Shown here piece by piece: positions 36,317 to 49,072 of a stretch of 64,000 nt of DNA. Position 1 is the first letter of the stretch. Every line of letters starts with the position of its first letter. The DNA is from Chiloscyllium plagiosum. Its lineage: Eukaryota. The notes under the pieces are model-generated. The model did no database searches and was not told where the DNA came from. It saw only the letters and a program-made list of their open reading frames with translations. A program made the translations under genes and the position numbers. Where the stretch lies: assembly GCF_004010195.1 (NCBI RefSeq), contig NC_057743.1, positions 21,104,141 through 21,168,140 of the forward strand. Reading direction: 5' to 3'.

Positions 36317-38113
36317 AGCGTCAGAGATATACAGCACAGATACAGGCCCTTTGGTCCAACCCGTCCATGCTGACCAGGTATCCCAACCCAATGTAGTCCC
36401 ACCTGCCAGCACCTGGCCCACATCCCTGTAAGATGTGCAGGTCAGGTGAATTGGCCATGCTAAATTGCCCGTAGTGTTGGGTAAGGGGTAAATGTAAGGG
36501 TATGGGGCGGGTTGCGCTTCGGCGGATCGGTGTGGACTTGTTGGGCCGAAGGGCCTGTTTCCACACTGTAATGTAATCTAATCTAAACCCTTCCTATTCA
36601 TATACCCATCCAGATGCCTTTTAAATGTTGCAATTGTACTACTCTCCCCCACTTCCTCTGGCAGCTCATTCCATACACGCACCACTCATACAAGCCCTCT
36701 AGTTCTGGTCTCTCCCACCCCAGGGAAGAGACTTGTCTATTTATCCTATCCATGCCTCTCCTGATTTTATAAACCTCTACAAGGTCACCCCTCAGCCTCC
36801 GACACTCCAGGGAAATCAACCCCAGCCTATTCAGTCTCTCCCTGTAGCTCAAATCCTCCAATCCTGACAAAATTCTTAAATCTTTTCTGAACCCGTTCAA
36901 GTTTCACAACATTCTTCCGATAGGAAGGAGACCAGAATTGCGCGCAATATTCCAAAAGTGGCCTAACCAACATCCTGTACAGCTGTAACATGACCTCCCA
37001 ACTTGTGTACTCAATACTGTGACCAATAAAGGAAAGCATACCAAACCTCACCTTCACTATCCTATCTACCTGTGACTCCACTTTCAAGGAGCTATGAACC
37101 TGCACTCCAAGGTATCCTTGCTTAGTAGCACTCCATAGGACCTTACCATTAAGTGTAGAAGTCTTGCCAATAAGGTTTGCTTTCCCAAAATGCAGCACCT
37201 CACATTATTATTTAAATTAAACTCCATCTGCCAGTTAGCCCATTTGGCCCATCTGATCAAGATCCCATTGAATCTGAGGTAACCACCTTCACTATCCACT
37301 ACATCTCCAATTTTGGTGTCATCTACAAACTTACTAACTATTCCTCTTATGTTCACATCCAAATTATTTATATAAATGATGAAAAGTAGTGGACCCAGCA
37401 CCGATCCTCATGGCACTCCACTGGTCACAGGCCTCCAGTCTGAAAAACATCCCTCCACACCACCCTCTGTCTTCTACCGTTGAGCCAGTTCTGTATCCAA
37501 ATGGTGAATTCTCCCTGTATTCCATGCGATCTAACCTTGCTAATCAGTCTCCTATGGGGAACCTTGTTGAACGCCTTACTGAAGCCCATGCAGATCACAT
37601 CTACCGCTCTGCCCTCATCAATCCTCTTTGTTACTTCAAAAAAATCAATCAAGTTTGTGGAGCATGACTTTGCCACCCACAAAGCCATGTTGTCTATCCC
37701 TAATCAGTCCTTGCCTTTCTAAATATACGTACATCCTGTTCCTCTGGATTCCCTCCAACAACTTGCCCACCACTGACGTCGGGCTCACTGGTCTATAGTT
37801 CCCTGGCTTGTCTTTACCATCCTTCTTAAACCGTGGCACCATGTTCACCAACTTCCAGTCTTCCGCCACCTCACCTGTGACTATTGATATAAGTATCTCA
37901 GCGAGAAGCCCAGCAATCACTTCCCTAGCTTCCCACAGAGTTCTAGGGTACACCTGATTAGGTCCTGGGGATTTATCCACTTTTGTGTGTTTCAAGACAT
38001 CCAGCACTTTCTCCTCTAATATGGACACTTTTCAAGATGTTGCCATCTATTTCTCTGCATTTTATATCTTTCATGTCATTTTCCACAGTAAACACTGATG
38101 CAAAGTACTTGTT
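36317..38113 (-). mobile_element. HER1/CR1 LINE, 1.8-kb RT fragment
   Basis: DKSPGPNQVYPR, PGNYRPVS, QHGF, FSKAFNKVPH, LGPLLFIIYINNLD..SKFVDDTKIG and LVRPLLEY. Confidence 0.93.
36430..36585 (+). mobile_element. HE1 SINE 3' half nested antisense in the HER1 3' UTR
   Basis: agatgtgcaggtcaggtgaattggcc..ccacactgtaatgtaatctaatcta splits the HER1 ccctctaaaccc motif. Confidence 0.88.
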
Positions 38114-38402
38114 CTCTTAAGTAGTCGAGCAGCAGACACAAGCTCTGGAAAAGAGCTGCTTTGTTGGACTGGTGTTCACAAAGTTTCTTGTAATTCTACT
38201 CTTTCCATTGCCTTCCTGTTTCCACAGGCAGTGACCAGTGTTGGAGAACAGTTCCATAACTACCATATGACTGGTTCTAGGAATGAAGACCTTCAGTAAT
38301 TGAGTCTTAATGTTTGAGCAGCACAAAAGTGGCCCTCCAGCCCATGTCCATGCTAGTTGTTAATCATCAATCTACTCTAATCCCATTTTTCAGCACTTGG
38401 CC

Positions 38403-38750
38403 CTTATGAGGATAGATTGGAGAAAATGAGATGGTCTTGGGGAAAAGATTGAGGTTATTTTGAGGTATTCAAAATGATAATTGGTCTGTTGCCATTGGGA
38501 ACGTTGAGAACCAGAGCATGCACATTTAAGGAAATTGGTGAAGGATGCAATGGTAACATGAGCAACTATTTTTCCACAATGCATAAGTGATGTCTGGAAC
38601 TTCCCTGAATGTGTGATCAAGGTGGTTCAAAAATCAATATTTTTAAAAATTACCTTACTTGAAGGAGAAGAATGTGTAGGGCTAATGGGAAAAGGACGAG
38701 GTGAATTGTTCCCGCTGGCAGCTCAGCTCCTGTATTCTAATCATTCTGAG
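38403..38750 (+). mobile_element. Old CR1 3' fragment
   Basis: tatgaggatagattggagaaaatg (YEDRLEK) .. agaaccagagcatg. Confidence 0.55.
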
Positions 38751-41014
38751 AAATCTTTGAAGCACGAGTGCATTTGGATGTTGCATGAGTTTATGTATTC
38801 ACAGTTGCTGTACTATTGCCCCATTCGCAATATAATTTCTATCATGTCAAAATTATTCCCTGTAGATATCCTTTAATTTAGATGGATTTTAATTTTTCTC
38901 TGTTTGCCCTCCGAGGCTGTGTTCACAATGGTCTTGAATGTCATTGGAACAGTAACATGCAATTGATTTAGATGCCACCTGAGTTAATGATACAAATCTA
39001 TTTGTGGCACTAAACCCAATAGCCAAGAAAATGACAACTGCATTGCATTCATGAAATGCCCTCATGTCCTTACCCTGCTTGAGAGCACTTCACAACTGAT
39101 TGAACAGAAACCAATTTACCCACAGTACAGTCCCACAAATAACATTTAAATGACTTATTTTGATATTAAAAACAAAAATACTGAGATCTTCTAGCGTCTG
39201 CAGAGAGAAAAAAGCAATTCTTAACATTTAAAACTTGTGAAAGGTTGGTAGAACTTGCTGTTTTTATTTCTGATTTCCAACGCCAACAATCTTGACCTTT
39301 TGATGTATTTTTGGTATTTGTTTGAGGGATCAGTGTTGTCCGAGACACTGGGAGGAGACAATACCATATGTTTACATGCAAGGGGGGCTATGGTTTAAAC
39401 TGAAGGTTCAGTGCAGAAGTTCGTTAGTACCATACACCATGACTCTAGGTTATGTGGTTAAGACCCAAAAGCCTTTAGAAATATGGACTATACCTGTCAA
39501 GAATAAAGATTGTTTGATTATTGTAAACTTGGAAAAAGTCTGGCACATTGATCTTGTATTTAACTTCATCAGCCTTGTGCCCAGTTATATCCTGGATTCA
39601 CCCAAGTCACATGATTCTCCCAGTATGTCCCAAGATTTCACACATGGTTGCCGTTTCACTATTTGTAATGAGCCAGAACTTCCTCTTGTTACCCACAGAT
39701 AAATTAATGTAACCCATCCTGCTTTCTTGAAGGGACGAACACCCCTCCATAAATTCCATTAGGTTTTTGTCTGTGACTGAGCTTGTGTGTAGTTACTAAT
39801 TTTCTGCTTGTCTTTAAGCTGATGCTCAAACCTGTAACCAGTCCCCGTCCAAAAATACTCATTTTTGTGCTTTGCCTTATGTTGGCCTTTTTCTGTTCTT
39901 TTAACTGCTCGAACAAGACTCCCTTCAGACAAACATACCTTTAAATTAACTTGAACTTGCAACCTGTAGCCAAACTCTAATCCTAACCATTATACTGGAC
40001 TATATTGTACCAGCTTGGTAAATTCAGAGTCCTTATTTACAAAGCTTAATGGCCTCATAGCATTTCTAAAGTGTTCTTTTAAAGCGTGCAATTTCATTCT
40101 CTGATATATTTAAACTTCCCTGAAGTGATAGTATCACTGTCCCTCGTTATCTGAAACCTTTAACATTGAAATTTTCTTATTTGATCTGTCTGACCCATTC
40201 AGAAACCTCATCAAAATGTGTTTATCTTTCTTTTTTATGTAGAATAAATGGAGGCTAAGTCCTGGATGATAGATGAAAAAGCTGTCCAAATTTCTTTTCA
40301 GCTTTCGCCTGTCCATACACTCTTTAGGGTAGCGGAGCTAAATGGATCAAGCACTGATGCATTAACTACTATTTAACATCCATGATAAATACAACTAATA
40401 TCATTAGGCTAGGTTTTAAGGATTCCATAAATAATTTGGTTAAATTCATTCAAGGTCAAAGAGTCACAACATTGGTGTGTTGTAGTATATAGGAGGAACA
40501 TGCCGTTTGACCAAATCCTATTTAACTTTCACTTTAAGTACCTATTCTGTTCCTTTTGCTTTCATCCATCAATGTAATCATTATTGTATTATCTACTTCA
40601 ATTACTAAACCTGTATTAACATCCACACCTTACAGTTCTGCAAACAGATTTCTCTTGCTTTTGAATGTATGGCCTTTTGTATTGAACTACTGGAAATAAT
40701 CTTACATGCCTTGTTCTACCTTTTTATAACACCTGTCATTATCACTTGATCTGCATTGCTGTGATGAAAAATCCAGAAATTTTCTCTTTTGCTTTTGTTT
40801 CCTTTTTTCATAGTACGAACTGAAAAATCAACATCTTTTCTGTAGTGCTGTTCCTGCATGCTTAGTTCAATCTTAAGTATACTAAATTAAATTGTTCAAG
40901 TTTTGTGTAGACTCATTATCTACAACTTTTACGTTGTCTTTTATGGTTAAAACCTTAACCATATCAATCCAGAGAACTGTCTTTAATGTCCACGGCTTTA
41001 ATAGCTCTAAACAA

Positions 41015-41115
41015 AAGCAACGATATTCAGACACTGGAAATCTGACACAAAAATTACTGGAGAAACTCAGCAGGTCTGGCAGCATTTGTGGAGAGAAGGC
41101 TGAGTCACCGTTTCT
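41015..41115 (-). mobile_element. PLE terminus remnant
   Basis: actggagaaactcagcaggtctggcagcatttgtggagaga. Confidence 0.65.
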
Positions 41116-41261
41116 GGTTTCGTTTTGTATCTTGCTGGTAAATTTCAAATCGGTCTGTTGTTCACAGCGCAACATTTTTTTTTGCTGGTTCGCAGTTCTG
41201 CTTTTCATTGAGATGCTTGAGCTTTTTTTCCAAGGAAGCAGCCTCAGCAGTTGTCATCCAT

Positions 41262-42128
41262 GATCATTATTACAAGGAAAAAGACCCTTCGCTCCAACTT
41301 GTCCGTGCCAGCCAAGTTTCCCAAACTAAAGTAATCCCATTTGCCTATGTTTGGACCATATTCCCCTAAGTCTTTCCTATTTATGTACCTGTCCAAATGT
41401 ATTTTAAATGTTGTAACTGTATCTGCATCTGCCACTTACTTTTTTAGTTCATTTCCACATACAAACCACACTTTGTGTGGAAAAGGTTGTCTCTCTGGTC
41501 CCTTTTTACATCTACCTGCTGGTTTTGCGCACCCCCCCCCCCCCAGTCAAAACCTAGAGAAAAGACCTTTGCCATTCACCTTACCCATCACCATATTTAT
41601 GCCTCTCCTCATTTTATACACCATCTGTAAGGTCACTCCTCAACCTCCTACCTTCCAGGGACAAAAGTTCCAGCCTCTCCTTACAATTCAAGCCCTCTAG
41701 TTCCTGGTAAATCTTTTTTGCATTCTCTCTAATTTATGAATATCCTTCTTCTACCAGGATACCAGCATTGTACACAGTACTCAAATTGACCTCACCAGTG
41801 TCATATACAACCACAACACAACATGCCAACTCCTGCACTCAATGGCCTGAACAATGAAGGCAAGCATGCCAAATGTTGCCTTTATCACTGTCTACTTGTG
41901 ACACAACTTTTAATAATTTATGTACCTGAACCCCTAGCTGTCTCTGTTCTACAACATACCCCAGGGCCTACCATTAACTGTGTTCATCTTAGCAAAATGC
42001 AGCACCTCGTACTCATTTAAATTAAACTCCCTTCTGCTGTTCCTCGGTCCAGTGGCCCAATTGATCAAGATTCTTTTGTAACCTTAGATAACCTTCCTTA
42101 CTGCCCACTATGCCACTAGTTGTGGTCA
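41262..42128 (-). mobile_element. CR1/HER1-related LINE 3' fragment
   Basis: ADTVTTFKIHLDRYINRK; colinear with the HER1 copies. Confidence 0.85.
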
Positions 42129-42992
42129 TAGTCTAGCTTTGTTCTCTTTTGTACTGTGTCTTTGTTCTCTAACTTAGACATAAATAGTTTGAGATGATCT
42201 TTGAATTTTTATCTATAAATTTTCCTAACTAAACTTTAGCATTTTTACAAACTTACTTCTAAGATCAAATACAATTTCTTTCAACTTTCTCTTCCTGAGA
42301 ATTGTTTTTAATCTTCTGATGTAGGTGAATAAAGTGTTGCCTTTTACCTTAGTATCAGAAAGGAAACAACACTTAGACATAGTGACTGTTGGTGACTAAC
42401 CACGATTGTCAATTTGATCAAACTTTTCCATCGTATTCAGCTGCAAAGGTCCTAGCTATTTTCCCATTGGCTTTAGCATGTATCAGTTACAACACTTAAA
42501 TAATCAGCCTTCTGCTCTGCGTTTTTACTTGAGACTCAACTTTTACTTTCACCAGAATCTTAGTTAGAAATTGGTGAAATTGAGATGTGAATTCATTGTC
42601 TATAATATGATTTCCCAACATGTAAGTATCTCGCTCCTATTTTTCTAGGGATGTTATTACAAGTACTCAAGTTGCTCCTGCGCCATCTACATTTACTCAG
42701 TGTACAGACTCCTCACCCTATAATACAACTTTGACTTTTCACTTCACTGAAATTGTGTGCATGTAGTGTAGGATATGATTTCTTTCTTGAAGGGGGCAAG
42801 GAAATCCATTTTAAACATACCTATTTGTTAAATGTTTTGCCGTCCTTCCCTAATTACATACTCAGTTAGCTATTCCATTTAATGCTATTATATAGCAGAG
42901 TAAGCATAATTTTATGAAGGATACACCCTGTTTGACTGCTAGAATACTTCGAAGATGTAACAAGCAAAATGGATAAAAGGGGGCCCTATGGA

Positions 42993-43196
42993 TCATAGAG
43001 ATGTACAGCACGGAAGCAGACCCTTCAGTCCAACTCATCCATGCTGACCATCCATCTCAACCTAATCTGATCCCGTTTGCCAGTACCCGCCCATATCTAC
43101 CAAGCTCTTCCTATTCATATACCCACCCAGATGCCTTTTAAATGCTGTGATTGTACCAGCCTCTACCACTTCCTCTGGCAGCTCATCCCATACACG
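42993..43196 (-). mobile_element. HER1 extreme 3' end
   Basis: tcatagagatgtacagcacggaagcagacccttc..ggcagctcatcccatacacg. Confidence 0.88.
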
Positions 43197-43706
43197 ATGT
43201 AGCATATCTGGACTTCTATAAGGCATTTGTTAAAGTGTCACAGAAAAAAATTAATATCCAAGGTTAGAAAGCCATGGAATTTGGGATAATATATTGCCTT
43301 GCATAAAGCATTGGCTAACCAACAGCCAGCAGAGCGCTAGGATAAATGGGTCTTTTTCTGCTTAGTAAGCTGTAGCTAGTGCAGTGCCACAGGGTTAAGT
43401 CCCTGTCCTTCAACTATTTACAATCTGAATTCATAACTTGGATGCAGGGATAGAGCGTATAAGATTTTCAGGTGATAGAGGTGGAAAGTCAGTTGTAATA
43501 AATCAATAAGACATTTACAAGTTGGTATGGCTAGGTTAGATGAATAGTCAAATCTTAAGGTGAAGTTTAATGTGGATAAGTGAGAAGGTTATGCATACTA
43601 GTTGGAAGAATAAAAGGCAATTTATTATCTAAATGGAGCGAGCTTCAAAATGCTTCACTATAAAAGGATCTGGCTGACCTGGTGCATGATTTTCAGAAAA
43701 CCAGTA

Positions 43707-43920
43707 CAGTTATTCTGCTATAATGTGCGTATCTTCTGTGTGAATTAGCTATCATGTAATTGAATAATTTAGACCATTATTTGTAGAATGCCAACTTTCT
43801 TTACCTGTAATGGCTATAATGTGATTCTGGTTCCATTGGATTAAATGGTGCTGTTATTACGCAATTTTTCTTCTAATGCAGGATTGCATGGGAATGGAAC
43901 TGTTATATCAGTAGACTCTG
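43707..43920. mobile_element. Tc1/pogo-type MITE remnant
   Basis: TA-cagttattctgctataat .. gttatatcagtagactctg imperfect TIRs interrupting the CR1 reading frame. Confidence 0.5.
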
Positions 43921-44634
43921 TGCAGTGAAAGCTGGTAAAGAGGAGAGCATATGGAAATTTGGCATTTGTTATGGAAAGAATGGAGTATAAAAGTAGGGAA
44001 ACATTGCAATTGCACAGGCATTTGAGGGACAGCAATTGGAGACTGAGTACAGTTTTGTGCCCCTTACGTGGAGGGTGCAATTCACAGAAGATTCAAACAA
44101 TTAATTCCAGAGATGAAAGGCTCCTGTCATGATTGAGCAGTTCAGACCAATACTCTAGAGTTTAGGATGAGCGGAGATCTAATTGAGGTATATAAGACAC
44201 TAAAGAGGATTAACAAAGTATACTTAGTGTCTGTTTTCCCCTTGTGGAACATCTAGAATGAGGCTATAGTTGTAGGTTAATGGGTGGCAAATTTATAACA
44301 TGAATTACTACTTTCAAAGGGTTGTGAATCTGGAATTTGTCCTGCCCCCCCAGTGTGGTAGATGTTGGGACACTGACTAAATTTGAAGAGAGATTTTTGT
44401 ATTAAAGGGTTAAGGCATGCAGATAGGAAAGTTGCATTGAGTCTGAGATGAGATCAACCATGATTGTGGGACTGAATTGCCTGTTCCTGTTTCTATATGA
44501 AATACCTAAACGAAGGAACCGAAGAATTGAATCTTGATTCGATTTGGCTAGTTGAGCAGGCTAAATATTCAATCTGTGCAACTTGAGGGAAACGCGTCGA
44601 AGGAATCAAATTCTATAAAATGGGCCAGATCAAA

Positions 44635-44965
44635 CCAGAAATCTTGCACGAATGTAGCTCTTTTCATGACCACCAGATGTCCTTTGTGCTCTATAGCCAA
44701 TGAACCAGTTTTGATGTGTAGTCACTGTTTATAATAAATTGTGGCAGCCTATTTACTCACGACAAAAATTCCACTATCAGCAATGTGATGGCCACGTAAT
44801 CTGTTTTTGTATAATGTGTTTTGAGGGAGAAATATTGAAGAGTCTTGAGACTAGCTTCCCTGCACTTTAACAAAAATGGTGCCATGGGATTTTTTTTTAT
44901 ATCCAGTGCATTGTTTCATGTCTCTGATCTGAAAGATAGTAATTCCAGCAGTGTAGCACTGGAGC
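44635..44965 (-). mobile_element. Ancient Deu-domain-like SINE (SacSINE1/AmnSINE-like) remnant
   Basis: gccaatgaa..gtgtagtcactgt, gagggagaaatattg, gtgccatgggattttt and ctgaaaga..cagtgtagcact motifs recalled for this family. Similar remnant at about 39085-39410. Confidence 0.5.
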
Positions 44966-45639
44966 ACTTTGACTTTAAAGAAAAAGTGTTACATCTGAGC
45001 TGACAACTCACATTCTTTATCTATGAACCCCGGAGACATTTCAACAGTATAGATAAGAATTCAGACAGGAGTTCAGATCAGTGATGGTTAAGATCAGATG
45101 CATGAATTCTTCATGTTTGAGCATACATACTCCCTATTAATTTAAGGGTCAAACTTTTCTGGTGGAGTGTGATGCTTCAGTATGATTAATCTTCAACTTT
45201 TACTTGAGTAGAAATGGCTTATGCCATCAAAACAGGAATATCAAGGATTCCATGCTTGGTCATTCTCTCTAGAAGTGCTGCAACCTGTTCTGTAGATTGG
45301 CAATCAGCAACATTCATACAGCATCTTTTTCAATATAAAACAAGTCCAAAGTAAATTGGTTGGGAAGGGTGACAGAGTTTTCACTTTCTTTAAAAGGTAT
45401 AAGCCAGAGGAGTTGAAGTGAGGAGCCAAGGCAACGAAGGCCTCTGCCACTTTTTATGGTTAAAAAGAGGGAAAATGTAGAAACTGGAGCAAAACACTCC
45501 ATCTCCATCTGTTTGGAAATCAGATATTTTCTAATCAATCTGGTCAAATGTCATGATGCACCTCTGTTGCAGGTAGGACATATATCTGGTTTAGAAGTAG
45601 GGTCACTGCCACTGCACCACAAGAGTCTTCTCTCAATTT

Positions 45640-46105
45640 CTTATGCTCTACATTCTACATTCCATCAATTTGTGGACATTCAAAACTTTGCCCATATTTC
45701 AAATATAAAGTCTTATTCAACCGACTCTATCTTGCTGACCTGCCTTGGCTCCCAATTAAGCCATGCATTGAATTTTAATCTCGTTTTCAAAGCTCCTCTT
45801 CAGCCCTTTTAAATAGTGTACTCCCTTAAATCTGGCTTTGGCATTCCAATTTTCTTTGCGATTAGCACCATGCCTTCAGCTGCCAAGGCCTGAAGCTTTC
45901 AAATTCACTCCCTAAAGCTCTCTGGTTCTGCTCCAGTTTATTGTAAGTTTTCCTTTTAAGACCGTTCTTTGACCAGCCCTTTGCGTATTTGCCCTGGTAT
46001 TGCCTTATGTGGCTTGCTCCCACATTGGCTAATACTACTGCGAAATGAGTTGGGACATTGTAGAAGTCACTTATGCATACAGGTTGCCATGGCTTGCAGT
46101 AGATG
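45640..46105 (+). mobile_element. L2-like LINE 3' remnant
   Basis: ccttggctcccaattaag..ttttaatctcgttttcaaagctc (WLPI..F..LVFK) and catgccttcagctgccaaggcc. Confidence 0.55.
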
Positions 46106-47542
46106 TGATAATATCTCATGACAGTGGTTATAGGGAACCGAGATGGAGCCAGTGGTCCAAGCAGATTATCAAATGTCGTTGGGATGCTCAGACAAGAATT
46201 GATAAGGCACCATGGTCATTGCAGAGGATACAGTTCTTGACTGCAGGTAGATCAGTTTCATTACTTTGAAATCTGCACTGTTTCAAGCACGTCCAGGCAG
46301 TTTATCCTATTAAGTTCTTTGCTTCACCTCACCTGAATTCAAACTAGTGCTAGTTGTATCTCTGACACTCTTAAATAATTATTCTTTTGCAGACAAGTGT
46401 CACTGTGTAAAACACACCTGAGTAGCAGTTCAATCTTTCCCTTGGGTTATCCTATGTTGCACAGTTTTTATTGAGAGCATGCATGTTCTATTTTCAATAT
46501 TAGCTCTTTTTGACTGGAAGGGAATTAGAGTAATTTTGAAGAGACCAAATCCTAAGAGCTCAAGGAGAACTGCTGTATAGGTCCTATATTCTATACAATG
46601 AAACCTGTAGTTTGATTACTTTGGGGTTTATTCTAGTAGTAATTGAAAGGTCTTCAGTTTGAAGAGTGAACACAGTCCTCTGAGGTAAGTAAAATCCAAC
46701 TAAAATGTTGTCTTCTCATATCTCCTTAAGAGCTCAACTTTAAATTTTTTGAAATTGCCTTTTATAAAGAGTGGGACATTGGTGACTTCAAGGTTATCTC
46801 ACTGAGGATGACTGAGCCATTGAAGATATCATTTTGTAAACTGTGGGATCAAGACAAATGTAGAATAGAGAGTTTGGAGTTAGTCTTTCCCCAAGGAATA
46901 AATTGATTACTTTTCCATCCTATCGATTACAGCACAGGAAAAAGGCATTTGGGCTGACTATTTGATTATCCTGAGAACAATTTGTGTGGTCTGACTAACC
47001 CTTCTCATAACAACATTGCAACTTTTTTTAAACCATCTGGGTCTTCTATGATTCTTTGAAAGCCAAAGTTGAATTCTGTCAGTATTACACTCTGAATGCG
47101 TTCACAATCTTTGCCACTTGCTGCAGAATGTTATTCCTCATATCATTGTTATTGGCTTCTCTGCCAGGGGAACAGTTTCTTCCTGATTACTCTGTCCAGG
47201 TACCTCTGTTAAATCTCCTCTTAACCTTCCATAAGGGGTACAGCCCTGCCGCCTTCAATCTGAAGTCCTTAATCCCTGGAATCCTACTCTAATCTCTTTG
47301 CACCCTTTAAGTGTGGAGCCCAGCATTTTGTCAAAACACCATGGATGCTAGAAATCTGAAACAGCACAATGTTGAAGAAACTCGGCAGTCTGGCAGCATC
47401 TGTGGAGAGTTAAGATTTCAAATCCAGTATGACTCTTCAGCACTCAACACTCCAGTTGAAATGGGGCCAGAAATCCCAACCCAATCTAGATTAGATTACT
47501 TCTAATCTAATTTATGGGGCCAATTTAACAAAAAATTATAGA

Positions 47543-48429
47543 TTCATAGTCGTAGGGATATACAACATGGTCCAACTTGTCAATGCTGACCAGAAATCCC
47601 AACCCAATCTAGTCCCACTTGCCAGCACCCGGCCCATATCCCTCAACCCTTCCTATTTATATACCCATCCAAATGCCTTTTAAATGTTGCAATTGTACTA
47701 GCCTCCTCCACTTTCTCTGGCAGCTCATTCCATACACGCACTACCCTCTGAAAAAGTTGTCCCATAGGTCTCTTTTATATCTTTCCCCTCTGACTCTAAA
47801 CCTATGCCCTCTAGTTCTGGACTCCTCCACCTCGGGGAAAAGACCATGTTTATTTAATCTATCCATGCCCTTCATGATTTTATAACCTTCCCTCAGCCTC
47901 TGATGCTCCAGGGAAAACAGCCCTTAAACCTACTCAACTGCTCCCTATAGCTCAAATCCAACCCTGACAATATCCTTGTAAATTCTTTCTGAACCCTTTC
48001 AAGTTCCACAACATCTTTCCAATAGGGAGGAGACCAGAATTGCATGCCATATTCCAACACTGGCCTAACCAATGTCCTGTACAGCTGCAGCATGACCTCC
48101 CAACTCGTACTCAATACTCTGACCAATAAAGGAAAGCATACCAAAACCACCTTCACTATCCTATTTACCTGCGACTCCACTTTCAAGGAGCTATGAACCT
48201 GCACTCCAAGGTCTCTTTGTTCAGCAACACTCCCAAGGACCTTACCATTATGTGTAGAAGTCCTGCAAAGCTTTGCTTTCCCAAAATGCAGCACCTCACA
48301 TTTATCTAAATTAAATGCCATCTGCCACTTTTCGGCCCACTGGCCCATCTAGTCAAGATCCCGTTGTAATCTGAGATAACCGTCGCTGTCCACTAAACCT
48401 CCAATTTTGGTGTCAACTGCAAACTTACT
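47543..48429 (-). mobile_element. HER1/CR1 LINE 3' fragment
   Basis: WAEKWQMAFNLDKCEVLHFGK..LVRPVLEY..LERVQK (47893-48348). Confidence 0.92.
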
Positions 48430-48687
48430 TCACTGTGCCTCCATCCTTGTGGCACTCCACTGTGAATGTTCCTTGTTTATAATCTGCCTCAGTTTATAAA
48501 GCCCAACATCCCTATGCTGTTTTAATGACTTAATTAGCCTGTCCTGCCACCTTTTGTGTACCTATGCCCCTAGGTTTTGCTGTTCTTTCATCCCCTTTAG
48601 CATTGCACCCTTTGGTTATGTTGCTTCTCCTTCCTCATTTCAAAATGTGTCATGTCAAATCTGAATTTAAATTTCACTTGCCATGAG

Positions 48688-49072
48688 TGTTTCCCTGGAG
48701 TGCTGGAGGCTGAGGGGTGACCTTGTAGAGGTTTATAAAATTAATGAGGGGCTTGGATAGGTTATGTAGACAGGATCTTTGCCCTGGGCTGAGGGAGTCC
48801 AGAATGAGAGGGTGACAGGGGAAAGATTTTAAAAGGGACAAAAGGCAATATTTTTTCACGGAGATGGTGGTGCATGTATGGAATGAGCTGCCAGAGGAAG
48901 TGGTGGAGGCTGGGACAACTTCAATGTTTAGAGGGCATCTGGATGAGTATATAAATAGGAAAGGTTTAGAGGGATATGGGCTAAGAGCCATCAAATGGGG
49001 CTAGATTAATTTAGATATCTGATCGGCATGGATGAGTTGGGTCTGTTTCTGTGCTGTACATCTCTATGACTC
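48688..49072 (+). mobile_element. HER1/CR1 LINE 3' fragment (sense)
   Basis: ctggagtgctggaggctgaggggtgacctt..gtctgtttctgtgctgtacatctctatgactc. Confidence 0.9.

Larger units (their letters stand above)
42925..44495 (+). mobile_element. Old CR1 RT fragment, host to a HER1 tail and a MITE
   Basis: FEDVTSKMDK..YLDFYKAF (split by the insertion), gtgccacaggg (VPQG), MEYKSRETL and GDLIEVYK. Confidence 0.75.
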
